Shown here in pieces: positions 52,601 through 64,000 of a stretch of 64,000 bases of DNA (its first letter is position 1; each line of letters begins with the position of its first letter). The notes below the pieces were generated by a model. That model did no database searches. It was given only the letters and a program-made list of their open reading frames with translations, and had not been told where the DNA came from. Made by a program: the position numbers and the translations under genes. The stretch spans positions 10,788,001 to 10,852,000 of the forward strand of contig JBHGNT010000009.1 of NCBI GenBank assembly GCA_043228905.1, read 5' to 3'. This DNA is from Azolla caroliniana (lineage: Eukaryota > Plantae > Polypodiophyta).

Positions 52601-55600
52601 CGGTCTTCAAACAGACTTCGTCATGAGGGTGGTTGATCCACAAAGGAGCCTCCTATTTGCTTGAGAACCCAAGGTAGACACACCTTGTATCATTTGTATG
52701 TCACTCGATGGGAGTGAACTATTTTTAGCTGATCTTCTGGTGTCCTCGTTATGGCATGGGAGATTCGCACACTTGAGCAAGACCGGCATCACACAACTAT
52801 CCAAGGCTAGTTACATTCCCCAACTCTTCTATTTTGGCCATCAGTTTTGTGAGCATTGCCAATACGACAAATGTGCAGCCTCACCTCACATGATTAGCAC
52901 ACCAAGAGAATCAGAACCCCTCAATTTGGTCCACTTCGATGTTTGTGGACCTATGCTGCATCTGTCTCTTGGTGGTGCCTTATACTTCATCATGTTCATC
53001 AACAATGCTACTAGAAAAGTGTGGGTATATTCAATGAGGACCAAAGAAAATGTCTTTGTTGTCTTTTAAGACTAGCACGTGATGGTTGAGAATCAAATAG
53101 GTCAAAAACTGAAATGCATGCGATCCGATGACATGCAAGTACAAGTCTATGGAATTTACCTTGCGCAATCAAAGAGGTATCCAATGTGAATTCATGGTAC
53201 CCTATAGCTAGGAGCAAAATGACATTGCTGAACGGATGAACCGAACAATTCAGGAGACAATTATTTCCATTTTGAAGCACTCTGATCTAGTCGATGTCTT
53301 TTGGGCGGAGGCACTACTCATTAAGTGCACATGAACATGTTGCCGAGTAGAAATCTCCACTTGAAGATCCTGCAATAGCTTTGGACACGACAAATGTTCT
53401 AACTACGACAAGCTGAGGATCTTTGAATGTGAGGCATTTGCCCTTGTGCCCAAGGATAAAATAGGAAAGTTGGAGTCTAGATCCCAAAAGTGCATCTTTT
53501 TGGGCTACGTTTCCGATTGCAACTATGGCTATCAATTGCAGAACCTCAAGGCCAGACAAATTGTTCAAAGTTGAGATGTTGTGTTCAATGAGTTGACAAT
53601 GCACAAACCAGCCAAATGCTTGATCGAACTGAGACGAGTTATCTTTATTGATCCACAACTTCTCTTGATGGCCAACTTAACACACTCAATCAACTACTCG
53701 GAAAGTAGCTGATCGTGCACATCAGATCCTCCCTACAAGTCAATATCCTCGCCACTTCAGAAGAGATCATCAGCAATGATATGATGCACCACCGGATCTT
53801 ACCACACCGATCTAACAGATTGTCTCATCCACTAGAATGTTATTCACCCGGCATTCTCTACATAGATGCTAGTGAATCATCAAAATATAAAGAAGTTATG
53901 AAAACCATTTATTATGCTAACTAGAAACTAGCTACGGAGTCCGAGATGAACTCCATTTGAGAAAACAACACTTGGGATTTGGTTCCACTGTCAAAGAATA
54001 GATGAGCACTTTTGTATAGATTGGTGTTTTCACTTGAGCTGACATTCAATTCGGCCAACCCCAAGTATAAGGCTACGTGAGTTGCGAAGGGTTTTCGACA
54101 TGAATACAATGACAATTTTGACGAGATTTGGCACCAGTGGTAAAATTGACAACCCTTTGATTCTTACTTGGTCTAGTAGTTGCTGATGAGCTTCTTCATC
54201 TTCAACGAGATGTTAAAACAACTTTCCTCAATGATGAACTGGATGAAAAAGAAAATATTGAGCATTTATAAGGTTTCTTGTCGCAACTAGTTTTTTGACT
54301 CATGAAGAATCTCTCTGGCCTGAAATAGGCCCCACTAGTGGTATAAAAAATTCAATGATTTCATGCAATTGGCCAGATTTTCTCAGAGCGATGAGGACCA
54401 TCGCCTATATTTGAAAGCCATATTTGACAGATCATTTGTCTATATCTCATCCTCTATGTGGATGATATGTTGGTCGCTCGTCAAAACATTGGTAAAGGAC
54501 TTAGGTCTTGTGCAACTTATCCCTAGGATGAAAATCACACGACATAAAAACACTCGAGAGTTGTATCTGTTTTAGGCTCATTTTGAGAGATTGAACACAC
54601 ATTTGGCCAAATCTGTAACGGCACCACTGCTAGCCAATCTTTGGCTTTCTTGGAAATATTGCCGTGCATGTTATTTGGAGGGGGATCATATGAAGTTGGT
54701 ACCATTCTCACCGGACCACTGGCACTTTTATGTATGCGATTGTTCACAAGCCAACTAGACTTAGCACATGCAGTGAGCATACTAAGTAGGTTTATGCACA
54801 ACCATGATGGAGCACACTGGAATGAAGTGAAGCATGTCTTCCGATATTTGATTAGCATGCAAGACATGCATTAGATTTGGTTTACATATCCTCAATTAAA
54901 CCTTGAAAGAAAAGACAATGTTTTAAGACGTAATCTATTTTCTGGTCTTATTGGCCCTTTTGATTGCTTGAAAGACGTTTATATATCTTTATTTCTACCA
55001 TGAGTTACTCACCATAAAGTATGATTGATGCATATATGCTCATAAGCATAACAATTGGTGTGAGTGATGTAACCCTTTTGTTTTATGATTGGTTAAAAAC
55101 CCCTTAAAATATGGCATTGTAACCCTATTTGACAGCATTTTATCAATAAAAATTTGTGGTCGGGTTTTTTGCTTTTAAAAATCGATGAATTCCAATGTTG
55201 TACCAAGTTTAATGGGAGTGGAAACCCCTGTATACACTCTATATGCGTTTTTTTAACTGAACTTTTTAAATCCAGGATTTTATGATTGGTTTAAAATCCC
55301 TTGAAATATACGCTGATAGAAATTTGATGATTGGTTTAAAACCCCTTGAAATATGGCATTGTAACCCTATTTGACAGCATTTTATCAATGAAAATTTGTG
55401 GTTGGGTTTTTTGCTTTTAAAAATCTATGAATTCTGATGTTGTACCAAGTTTAATGGGAAAGGAAACCCCTGAATACACTCTATACTCATTTTTTTAACT
55501 GGACTTTCTAAATCCAGGATTGATTTCTATAACAAGTGGAGCTGGGGATATAGCTGAGAGAGTTTTGCTTGAAGCTTCTCCTCATTTGCTAAAGGCTGCA

Positions 55601-57062
55601 AAATTGGGATCCGAATCTAAAGCAAGAACGGCTGTATGTCTTCAAATGTTTTCTATTTTGTTATTGATATATTACAGCAATAGATTTGCCATTATAGGTG
55701 CGCATGCATTGTAAATTATATATACATACTAATAACTTAAAGTTTCCAGGCATTAGAGGCACTAGCCTTGACATGTTTCATTGGGGGGACTAACGACGAA
55801 ACTGTAGAGGATGTGATGGTTATGCTTTTGCATACGAGTAAGCATAAAGGAAATAATCATGCCGAGCAAGTAAATCCTTGTCATGGAAAGCTTTTAGTCA
55901 CACATATTTCTTGCTTTTTTTGTTTTGTTTGATTTTTTATTTATTGAACACAGACTTTGGGAATTAATAAGCCTTCTTCTGAAGTTAGAGCTGCAGCTTT
56001 GTCAGCATGGGCCTTCCTTTTAACCATCATTCCAAGTTCTCGTATTTTGTCTTGTCACATGCCGGAGTAAGGAGTTTGAGCGAGCCTTTTACCTTTTTGT
56101 AAAATGTCGTAAGTTTTCATTGAATATAATGATCCAAAAGGCCACTCTAGGTTTTTGCCATACAATTTCCTATAAACAAAGAAAGCCTTTTTCTCATGGA
56201 TGTGGTCAAATATTTGATGTTTTCCATGCTTTCGTCTTTCAGGTATTCAGATATTATGCTCAGTTGATGTTATTGACTGTCAATTGGAACTCATGCCCCT
56301 AATGTGTCTTCAATTAATGTCTTCATTTTCAGATTATCATGGATTAATTCATTAGTTTAAGAGTAATAATTCATCATGAAAGAGTAAAAGGTTATGATAG
56401 TAATATCATCTTGGATCTATGGCTATGGAAAATAGTCATCCCTAGTTTTAATCAGCAATTAATCATCTCTCATCAATCCAATTAAAACTCCAGAAGAAGC
56501 TCGGAAAAGTGAGCAAGCCATTGTTTTCTGAGCTAAGCGGATAATGCTTGGAAGAGGGCAAATTCTTGCAAAATAGGTTGTTTAAGATGCTTCCTGGGTA
56601 GGTTTTACATTCATGGCTTGTTAAATTTCTGTTTGAAGCAATTTAATTAGCAAAAGAAGGGTTATTAGGGTGTGAGTTTTAATTAAGATTAAGGCGAATC
56701 TGAAATATGTAGTATGGCATTTTATGGCAAAAAACTAGAGTGGCATTTTTGGTAATTTGCCAAATATTTTTATCCCATTTCAGAGTTTGTCTAATGACAA
56801 CGCACTTCAATGATCAAGGTCCTTACCAACACTATCAACATTGCTCGAGAGTGAAGATCAAAATGTACGTATACCAGCTGGGGAAGCAATTGGTGTTCTA
56901 TTTGAGACAAAGGGTGTTTCAGGATCTTGGTGTACCACAAGTCAGAAAGAGGATGATTTGATTGAGCAGATTAGGGATCTGGCAATGGAGGCTGGTGGGA
57001 AAGGACAAGCTAACAAGAAAACTCAACGGAGTTCATTTAAGGGAATCCTTTCAATTCTTGAG
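49612..57062 (+). CDS. Interferon-related developmental regulator (IFRD/SAT32-like) protein; exons 49612-49621, 49718-49895, 49976-50056, 50181-50263, 55518-55633, 55750-55869, 55954-56066, 56819-57062; continues beyond the window
   Basis: GT-AG splicing keeps one frame: MGRSRNQRRQ...SLYEKRAKTREEGL...KKGAGSEIALASQLIGLISITSG...SAWAFLLT...VRIPAGEAIGVLFE...IRDLAMEAGGKG, matching recalled plant IFRD motifs. The exon 8 acceptor (AAG) is less certain. Confidence 0.9.
50800..54875 (+). mobile_element. Copia-H, highly degenerate, in IFRD intron 4 (boundaries approximate)
   Basis: PBS TGGTATCAGAGC at 51082-51093; gag KFDESNLNFWK, WLLDFGSSYH protease, LWHGRFAHL and LVHFDVCGP integrase, RT remnants. 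Confidence 0.8.
55085..55520 (+). repeat. About 240-bp tandem duplication of the intron 3' end, including the splice acceptor
   Basis: Both copies end ...AAATCCAG|GATT (AG at 55274-55275 and 55516-55517). Confidence 0.85.
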
Positions 57063-57240
57063 GTAATATTTGTTCTTCCCATAAGGTGATTGTTGGCCAT
57101 TCTTCAAGGGACATGAAAAACCAATAATGCAAATATGTGTAGGTATAGGATAGAAAAGCAAAGCCATATAATATGAATAGTAGGCAATAGTCAAGGGACA
57201 CTTTTGGAATTGTAACAATTTGCTTACTTTTTAAATATCA

Positions 57241-60200
57241 TGTTAGAGCTAGATCCTAATGTAAGCATGAGATAGGGAAATATATTAGATAGAAAAGAAA
57301 AGAGAGAGAGAAAGAAGGGTGCCGATCCACCTGACTACCCTCGAGCAAAGTGATTGAGACGAACTTGAGCTTGGATCAGCATTTCATACCACTGTTGTGG
57401 CGTTGAGTCGTACCTGGTATTGGTGTGCTCGTTTACAAGAGTTTAATCACCACGAGGATAGAGTCTCGACGTAGTCGAATGATGTGTCAAATGAGGGTAG
57501 CTAGGCCTCATATTTATACCCAGGCCTAAGGCCCCCAGGCAAGTTCACACTTGGCCTTAATGGGTTGTCTCAATCCCAAGGATTAAAAGTACTCATTCCC
57601 TTCTTTACACTCTCGTTTAACCCTCACACTTTATCCACGTGTATAGAATACTACGATACAATCTTATTACTAGATATTATATGGTCATGCTTGTAACATA
57701 CTCCCCCTCTTTAAAACATTGCACTCTTGCAATGAAAAGTTAGGGGAGTTAGTTTTAAGAGTATTTTCTCGTTCCCATGTAGCATCTTGTATAGACTTAT
57801 CCATCCATTTAATTTTAAATTCCTGGATTATTTTAGAATGCAAAATTTTCGTTTTAATATTGAGAGTTCTTTCTGGTACATGTGGTTTAGAAGCTAATTC
57901 TTCAAAAGTATCCAGAGTTTTAGTTGTGATTGTATTGTCACTAGAACTAAGAAGTCCTATTAGACGACTTACATGAAAAATTGGATAGATTTCAATGCCA
58001 TTAGGAAGAGCAAGCCGATAGGCTGATGAATCGATGCGTTTGAGGACTGTAAAAGGTCCATAAAATTGTGGGGCTAACTTAGCGCACTTATCCATAGACA
58101 ATGTCTTAGAATTGTGAGGTACACGTAAAAATACCTTTTGTCCAGGATTGAATACACGAGGTTGCCTATTATGATCGGCATAAAAACGCGCTCTATCTTG
58201 CTATTTTTATATTATCTCGTGAAATATATAAAATATCTTGAATATCCTGAAGAAAGTTTTGCGTACTTCGCAACTCATCATGATGTATATTAATATCAAT
58301 CGGGGCTTGTGGCTAAAAACCATACATCAACATAAAAGGACTATATCCTGTTGATGTATGTTTGGAGCTGTTATAAGCAAATTCCAAATTTGGGAGATAA
58401 CGTTCCCATTTTGTTGGTTTTGCACCAATGTATGCACGAAGCATGTCTTCAATAATTTGATTTACTCGTTTTGTCTCTCCATCGGATTGAGGATGATCCG
58501 TGGAGCTCATGCTCAATGTAGTTTCTAACTTCTTAAAGACTTGCGTACAAAAGTTGCTAGTAAACTTTAGATCTCGATCACGCACAATATCCATCGGTAA
58601 CCCATATCAACGAATTGGTAAGACAATTTAGAAGCTATTACCGTGGTTTTAGTAGTAATAAATTTGGCCATTTTAGTTAGTTTATCAATCACAACCATGA
58701 TGACATCTTGACCTTTTCGAATGTGAGGAAGGCTAAAAATAGATATACTTTCCAACTTGGTGTTGAGAATTTTCAAGGGATGTAAAGTCCAGTGGATTTA
58801 AGTCACTCGACTTTGTTAACCTGACATTGATGATATTTAGTCACATAGCTATGTATGTCAAGACGCATCTTAGGCTAGTAGAATTGAGTGGAGATGAGAA
58901 TGAGTGTTCGATGTATTCCAAGGCGCCCTGCTAAGGGTGCATCCTGGCATTAAAAAAGAATTCTCTTTTTGACCTCAGGCAAATCTGGAACACAAATCTT
59001 CCCAATATGGTAGAGCAGACCGTTAGCAATGTGGAAGGATTTCTTCGAGGTTGTGGTGATGTCTGTTCTAGACTCAAGTCTTGCCCAATATTTTCCAAAA
59101 TAACTGTCATCAGGATACTTTCCTCGGAGGTGATCATAAAGATCTGATGTTATTTCAGTGAAGCTAAGCATGTTAACTTCATGATGCGACTCAGTGCATC
59201 AATGATAGTGTTCAAGGAACCTTTATGATATCGTATGGAAAATCAAAGTCTTGGATGAGATTTGCCATCATGCCTTACGACCTTTAAGGTCTTCTTGGTC
59301 ACAAAAATATTTCAAGGACTCGTGGTCTGTAGTTATAACAAAACGATTTCCATAAAGATAATGATGCCATGCCATGACTTTAGTGCATGTATAATTGCAA
59401 ATAATTCCTTTTCTTGAATAATATACCTACATTGAGCAGAATCAAGTTTCTTACTCTCAAATGCTATTGGTTTACTATCTTGATATAAGTATAATCACTT
59501 GCATCAGTTTCAATTGGAAAAGGTTTTAAAGGATTTGATAAAAGAAGTGAAGGAGCCTTGCACACCTGGTCCTTAAGTTCCTTAAAGGCGAGCTCTGGTG
59601 TAACATTCCATATAATAGGTTGTGTAGACTTACGCGTTTAACCTTTTAGGAGATTAGTAAACGACGTCTCAATTGAGAGTAATTGCGAAGAGATTTTTGC
59701 AAAAACTTGACAAAACCAAGGAATGATCGAACTTCTCAAATATTCTAAAGAATGGGCCAAAGTTTGACTTTCTCGATGCGAGAAGGTCCAATTTAAACTC
59801 CTCGTTCGATTATAAGATGTCCAAGATAAGTAATTGATTTCTTGAGGAAGTCGCATTTTGAGATCTTCGCATAGTATTGCTTGTCACACAATGTTTGTAA
59901 AACAAAGCAGATATGTTTAGCATGTTATTCTAATGTACGACTATAGACTAGAATATCATCCAAGAAAATAACGACAAATTCTCCAAGTTTTCGGAAGATG
60001 TCATTCATTTCTTATTGAAATGTGGTCGGAGCATTGGTCAAACCAAAAGGCATGACCAAAAACTTGTAATGGCCATAGCGCGTACGAAATGCAGTTTTGA
60101 AAACATCTTCCTCACTTATACGAATTTGATGGTAGCTCGTACGAAGATCAAGTTTCGTAAAATATTGAGCTCCTTGGAGACGGTCAATCAGATCGTCAGC

Positions 60201-63182
60201 CTGGGGCAATGGATATGAATTCTTGATCGTCACTTTATTCAAGCATCGGTAATTAATACACATACGCCATGTGCCCTGTTTCTTTTTTACCAAGAGAATA
60301 GGTGCACCCCCATGACGATTTACTATAATGTATATAACCCATTCGTAAATAGTCCTTGAGTTGCTTAGATACCTCATCCTCTTTAAGATCTATATGATGG
60401 TCAATATTACGTTTTGGAGGTAACCCATGTGGTAGTTCACTTGGAAAACATCACGAAAATCATTTAAGATTTTATCGAGGAGTTGTTTAAAATATGATAA
60501 ATGACCCAAGATATTATCGATATTATAAACATGAATGTTCGGATCAAGTACACAATAAAATAAAGTAGAACAAGACAACTCGGATATTGATAGAGAGGAA
60601 ACAATTGAAAGAGATTGTTTTTTAACACATTGAATAAAGTCAGTACAATTGTTCAATACAAAAGTAATTGAATGGTAAACCCAATCAATAGATAAATTAT
60701 AGTTTTTATTAAAAAACCAGGATAACCCAATATTACATCAATGGTACAAAGATACATTACATGGAAATCTATTTCTTCTACATAAGTATCAATAGAAATT
60801 CCTAATGAATGAATCGCCCCGTTGATGTATTGTACTCTTCCATCAGCCAAGTGCACCTTATAGGTGTGATCACTTACAATGGGTTGGATTCCCTATACGT
60901 AAACCAAACGATCATTCGCAAAGTTATGTGAGCTTCCTGAATCAAATAAGAATTGTATTAGGGATCCGTTGATATACTTGTTTGCACGTAATAAATCATT
61001 GGGTCCCAATACATAGTGAGGGAAAGAACATTTACAACTACTTAAATGATGTGTATAGACCTCGAGGACATTAGGAATTTGACCTTTATGGTCTGCAACT
61101 TTGGTTTTGTTGTCGTGCTCTTTCCGTTGGAGCTTTTGACATTGCTCTTTCGTATGACCCTTCTTTTTGCAGAACACGCAAAAAGGATTTTGTCGCTTAC
61201 AATTGCGATCCATGAATTCGTTGGATGTCTTGCGTTTTCTAGTGAATTAGGACTACTTAGTCCCGGGCGCTTTGGGTTTGTTATGGTCTTTCGAAGTGTT
61301 TTGATAACAAAGAACTATTTCAACGGCCTCTTCGAAGGCTTTTGGATCCTTATCGTGCATTGTCCAATGATAGTCCAAATTGGGGATGCCATTGACAAAA
61401 CAAGCTATGAACCAATTGTCCCCTTCTAGACCCAATTTTTGAATTTGGGTTCTAATATGGTGAACATAATCTTCTAGTGAGGAAAACTTCCAGCTAGAGA
61501 GATTCATCAAAGCTTGTGTTGCCTCAGTTCGAGATGGACGTTGCAAAAATTGACCCTTGAAAATTGTGACAAAGTTTGTCCAGGTATCGGGCAATTTCCC
61601 TGTAGTGCGGAGCCCACGCCACCTGGTGGCGGCCTTACCCCCTAGTTCTCGACTGACATATGCAATCTTTGTATTGTTTGGCTTGGGATAGAGCTCAAAA
61701 TGAGACTCCCATCGGCCTAGCCACGTGCAGATTACATCTTCGGTTCTTTCCTTTTTGTCTCCCTTAACTGGCTTATGACAAATGATGGTTCACCTTGATG
61801 CTCATGGAGGATTTCCTTGAATTCCTTCTGCTTGGGCAGATGCCATCGGGTCGTTATTATGAGCCATTGAATGATAATTTCTAACAAAGAAATAGGATAA
61901 GGTCAGACAAATAGTCATAACATAATGTTGTGATGTAAACATGTCATGGGCAAACATGAATCAATATCATGATCTCACATCGATACCTCTCTAGACATAT
62001 GAGACGAGGTTCAAGATGAGGTTTCTATGGTAACACAATGGTGTTTTAAAAACCATGGGGGTGACAAATGAATGTCTTTTCTTGATCTCTATATCGATTT
62101 TTTCATGGGCTCTCCTTGAGGCTCAACCATGTATGCTCGCGTCATGAATAGTGTATACACAAAAAAATGTTAACAATAAACTATGTCTCTGTGCCCACCC
62201 ATGTGGTTTCGGCTCTTTAAGTCCTATTATGAGGACCCCGAAGTGCACTAAGACCTATAGTCTTAACATGTTTTATAGTCATATATATCAATAATGTTGT
62301 ATGGTCTTGGTCATATTTGAACTCGAGACCTCGAGAACAAATACATTAAACACTTGAGCTAACCAAATGGTTTGCTCCTTTTGAATGTTGAATGTTTATG
62401 CGTATGAGAGATATGTGAAGGCATTTGTTCATATATGTTTTTTAAAAGAAAACACATGTCTAGAAACCTTATTTCCCCCTCGTTAACTAGACAGCTATGT
62501 TGGTACGTTACCCAACATCAAGTCTGATAATTATGATGGCATGTGCCAATGTGCAACCTAATGGTCAAATGTGCACAAGACCCTCCACCATGTTCATTTC
62601 CCCGAAAAGGACAACCTTCGATATACCAATATCATGTAATAAATACTAATATACACATGCATATGTTTATCACATGTATATGATCAAGTATGTATACAAG
62701 TGATTACATATGCATATATTAAAGAATCGTTAACATTTCATAGCCTACGAATGATGTAATTGAGATACGTAATCAAGGCATATAGCCTCTACACACATGA
62801 AACATCCAAAATAAGGGTGAACGTAATACGCAATCGAGATATTTACCTCTTACGCATACGACACAGATCACATATCAAATACATAGAAATTGAGGTATTG
62901 ACCTCTACGCATACATAACATATGTATGTGAATGTAATACGCAATCGAGGTATTGACCTCTACGCATACATAACATATTTATGTGAATGTAATACGCAAT
63001 CGAGGTATTGACCTCATACGTATACGGCACAAATCACATATCAATTATATGTCAATTGAGGTATTGACCTCATACACATGTAAATGTTTTATACAACCAA
63101 TTATTACCACTACAACATGTTTTCATGATTGAAATTAATACAAAATGACATGAACATGATTAGAATGGGAGAAGAAAGAATA

Positions 63183-63219
<37 letters not shown>

Positions 63220-63794
63220 GGAATACTAAAGTTCTTTTGTTGATGTCTTTTTGGATCAAGCTCGACTGCATCACCATCCAACAAAAACAAACCAATCAAT
63301 CAAAAGAAACATTAGAAACCTAAGCTTTGATATCAACTGTTAGAGCTAGATCCTAATGTAAGCATGAGATAAGGAAATATATTAGATAGAAAAGATAGGA
63401 GAGAGAAAGAAGGGTGCCGATCCACCTGACCACCCCCGAGCGAAGGGATCGAGATAGACTTGAGCCTCAATTGACGTCCCATACCATCGCCGTGACGTCA
63501 AGTCGTACCTGGTATTTGGTGCTCTCGCTTACAAGAGTTTAATCACCACAAGGACAGAGTCTCGACGTAGTCGAATGATGTGTCAAATGAGGGTAGCTAG
63601 GCCTCATATTTATAGCCAGACCTAAGGCCCCTAAGCAAGTTCACACTTGGCCTTAATGGGTTGTCTCAATCCCAAGGATTAAAACTAATCCTTCCCTTCT
63701 TTACACTCTCGTTTAACCCTCACACTTTATCCACGTGTATAGAATACTACGGTACAATCTTACCACGGAATATTATATGGTTATGCCTGTAACA
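57241..63794 (-). mobile_element. Gypsy-I chromovirus (tRNA-Met primed), full-length but decayed, in an IFRD intron
   Basis: LTRs 57241-57698 and 63338-63794; TSD TATCA; degenerate PBS 63324-63335; PPT. gag CVFCKKKGH, LFDSGSSHNF protease, RT, integrase, chromodomain EFKIKW...DATWERE. Confidence 0.92.
62750..63075. repeat. About 53-bp tandem repeats in the Gypsy-I 5' leader; (TAA)n at about 63186-63218
   Basis: GTAATACGCAATCGAGGTATTGACCTC recurs. Confidence 0.85.
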
Positions 63795-64000
63795 TATCAA
63801 GTAATCACTTTTAGAGTTGAAGTCATCATTGCTTAGAATTAACTAGAAACTAAAGAATCTCATTATCTATGCATGTAAGATTTTCAAGTGAATTAGATTG
63901 TAATTTTTGTCTTCAAAAGGTCTATACAGAGGTTGATCCTCAAGCAAGTGACAATCGTAAGAAATATTGAGATCAACACCACAATGAGCCTAGCTGCATA

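Noticed and set aside
62750-63075. CRISPR-like array
   Set aside because: Eukaryotic context, spacers are themselves repeated, no cas genes; ordinary tandem repeat in a retrotransposon leader
63900-64000. Next IFRD exon
   Set aside because: No frame matches the expected continuation; the exon probably lies beyond the window

Overview
Eukaryotic land-plant nuclear DNA, repeat-rich, probably from a non-seed plant such as a fern or lycophyte (inferred from Tcn1-type chromoviruses, an RTE/RTEX-like LINE and TE-filled introns). Three host genes are supported: a spliced CCT-motif gene (minus strand, runs off the left edge), a single-exon S1-domain protein with a plastid transit-like N-terminus (6701-7405), and a spliced IFRD/SAT32-like gene (49612 to >57062) whose introns contain whole retrotransposons. 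The rest is mostly nested LTR retrotransposons and LINEs. Copia-A (9011-25965) contains a LINE, which itself contains Gypsy Tcn1-B and Copia-C. Further elements are Copia-D (26474-32251), nested solo LTRs, Copia-E, Copia-F, Gypsy Tcn1-G with apparently identical LTRs (40728-46493), Copia-H and chromoviral Gypsy-I (57241-63794). The most interesting signal is a cis-architecture shared by the two diverged Tcn1-like elements. Both have an antisense tRNA-like Pol III A/B-box module in U3, a heat-shock-element array next to the TATA box, covarying Tf1-type self-priming in place of a tRNA PBS, and a -1 frameshift pseudoknot at gag/pol. All calls were read by eye; no database searches were run.
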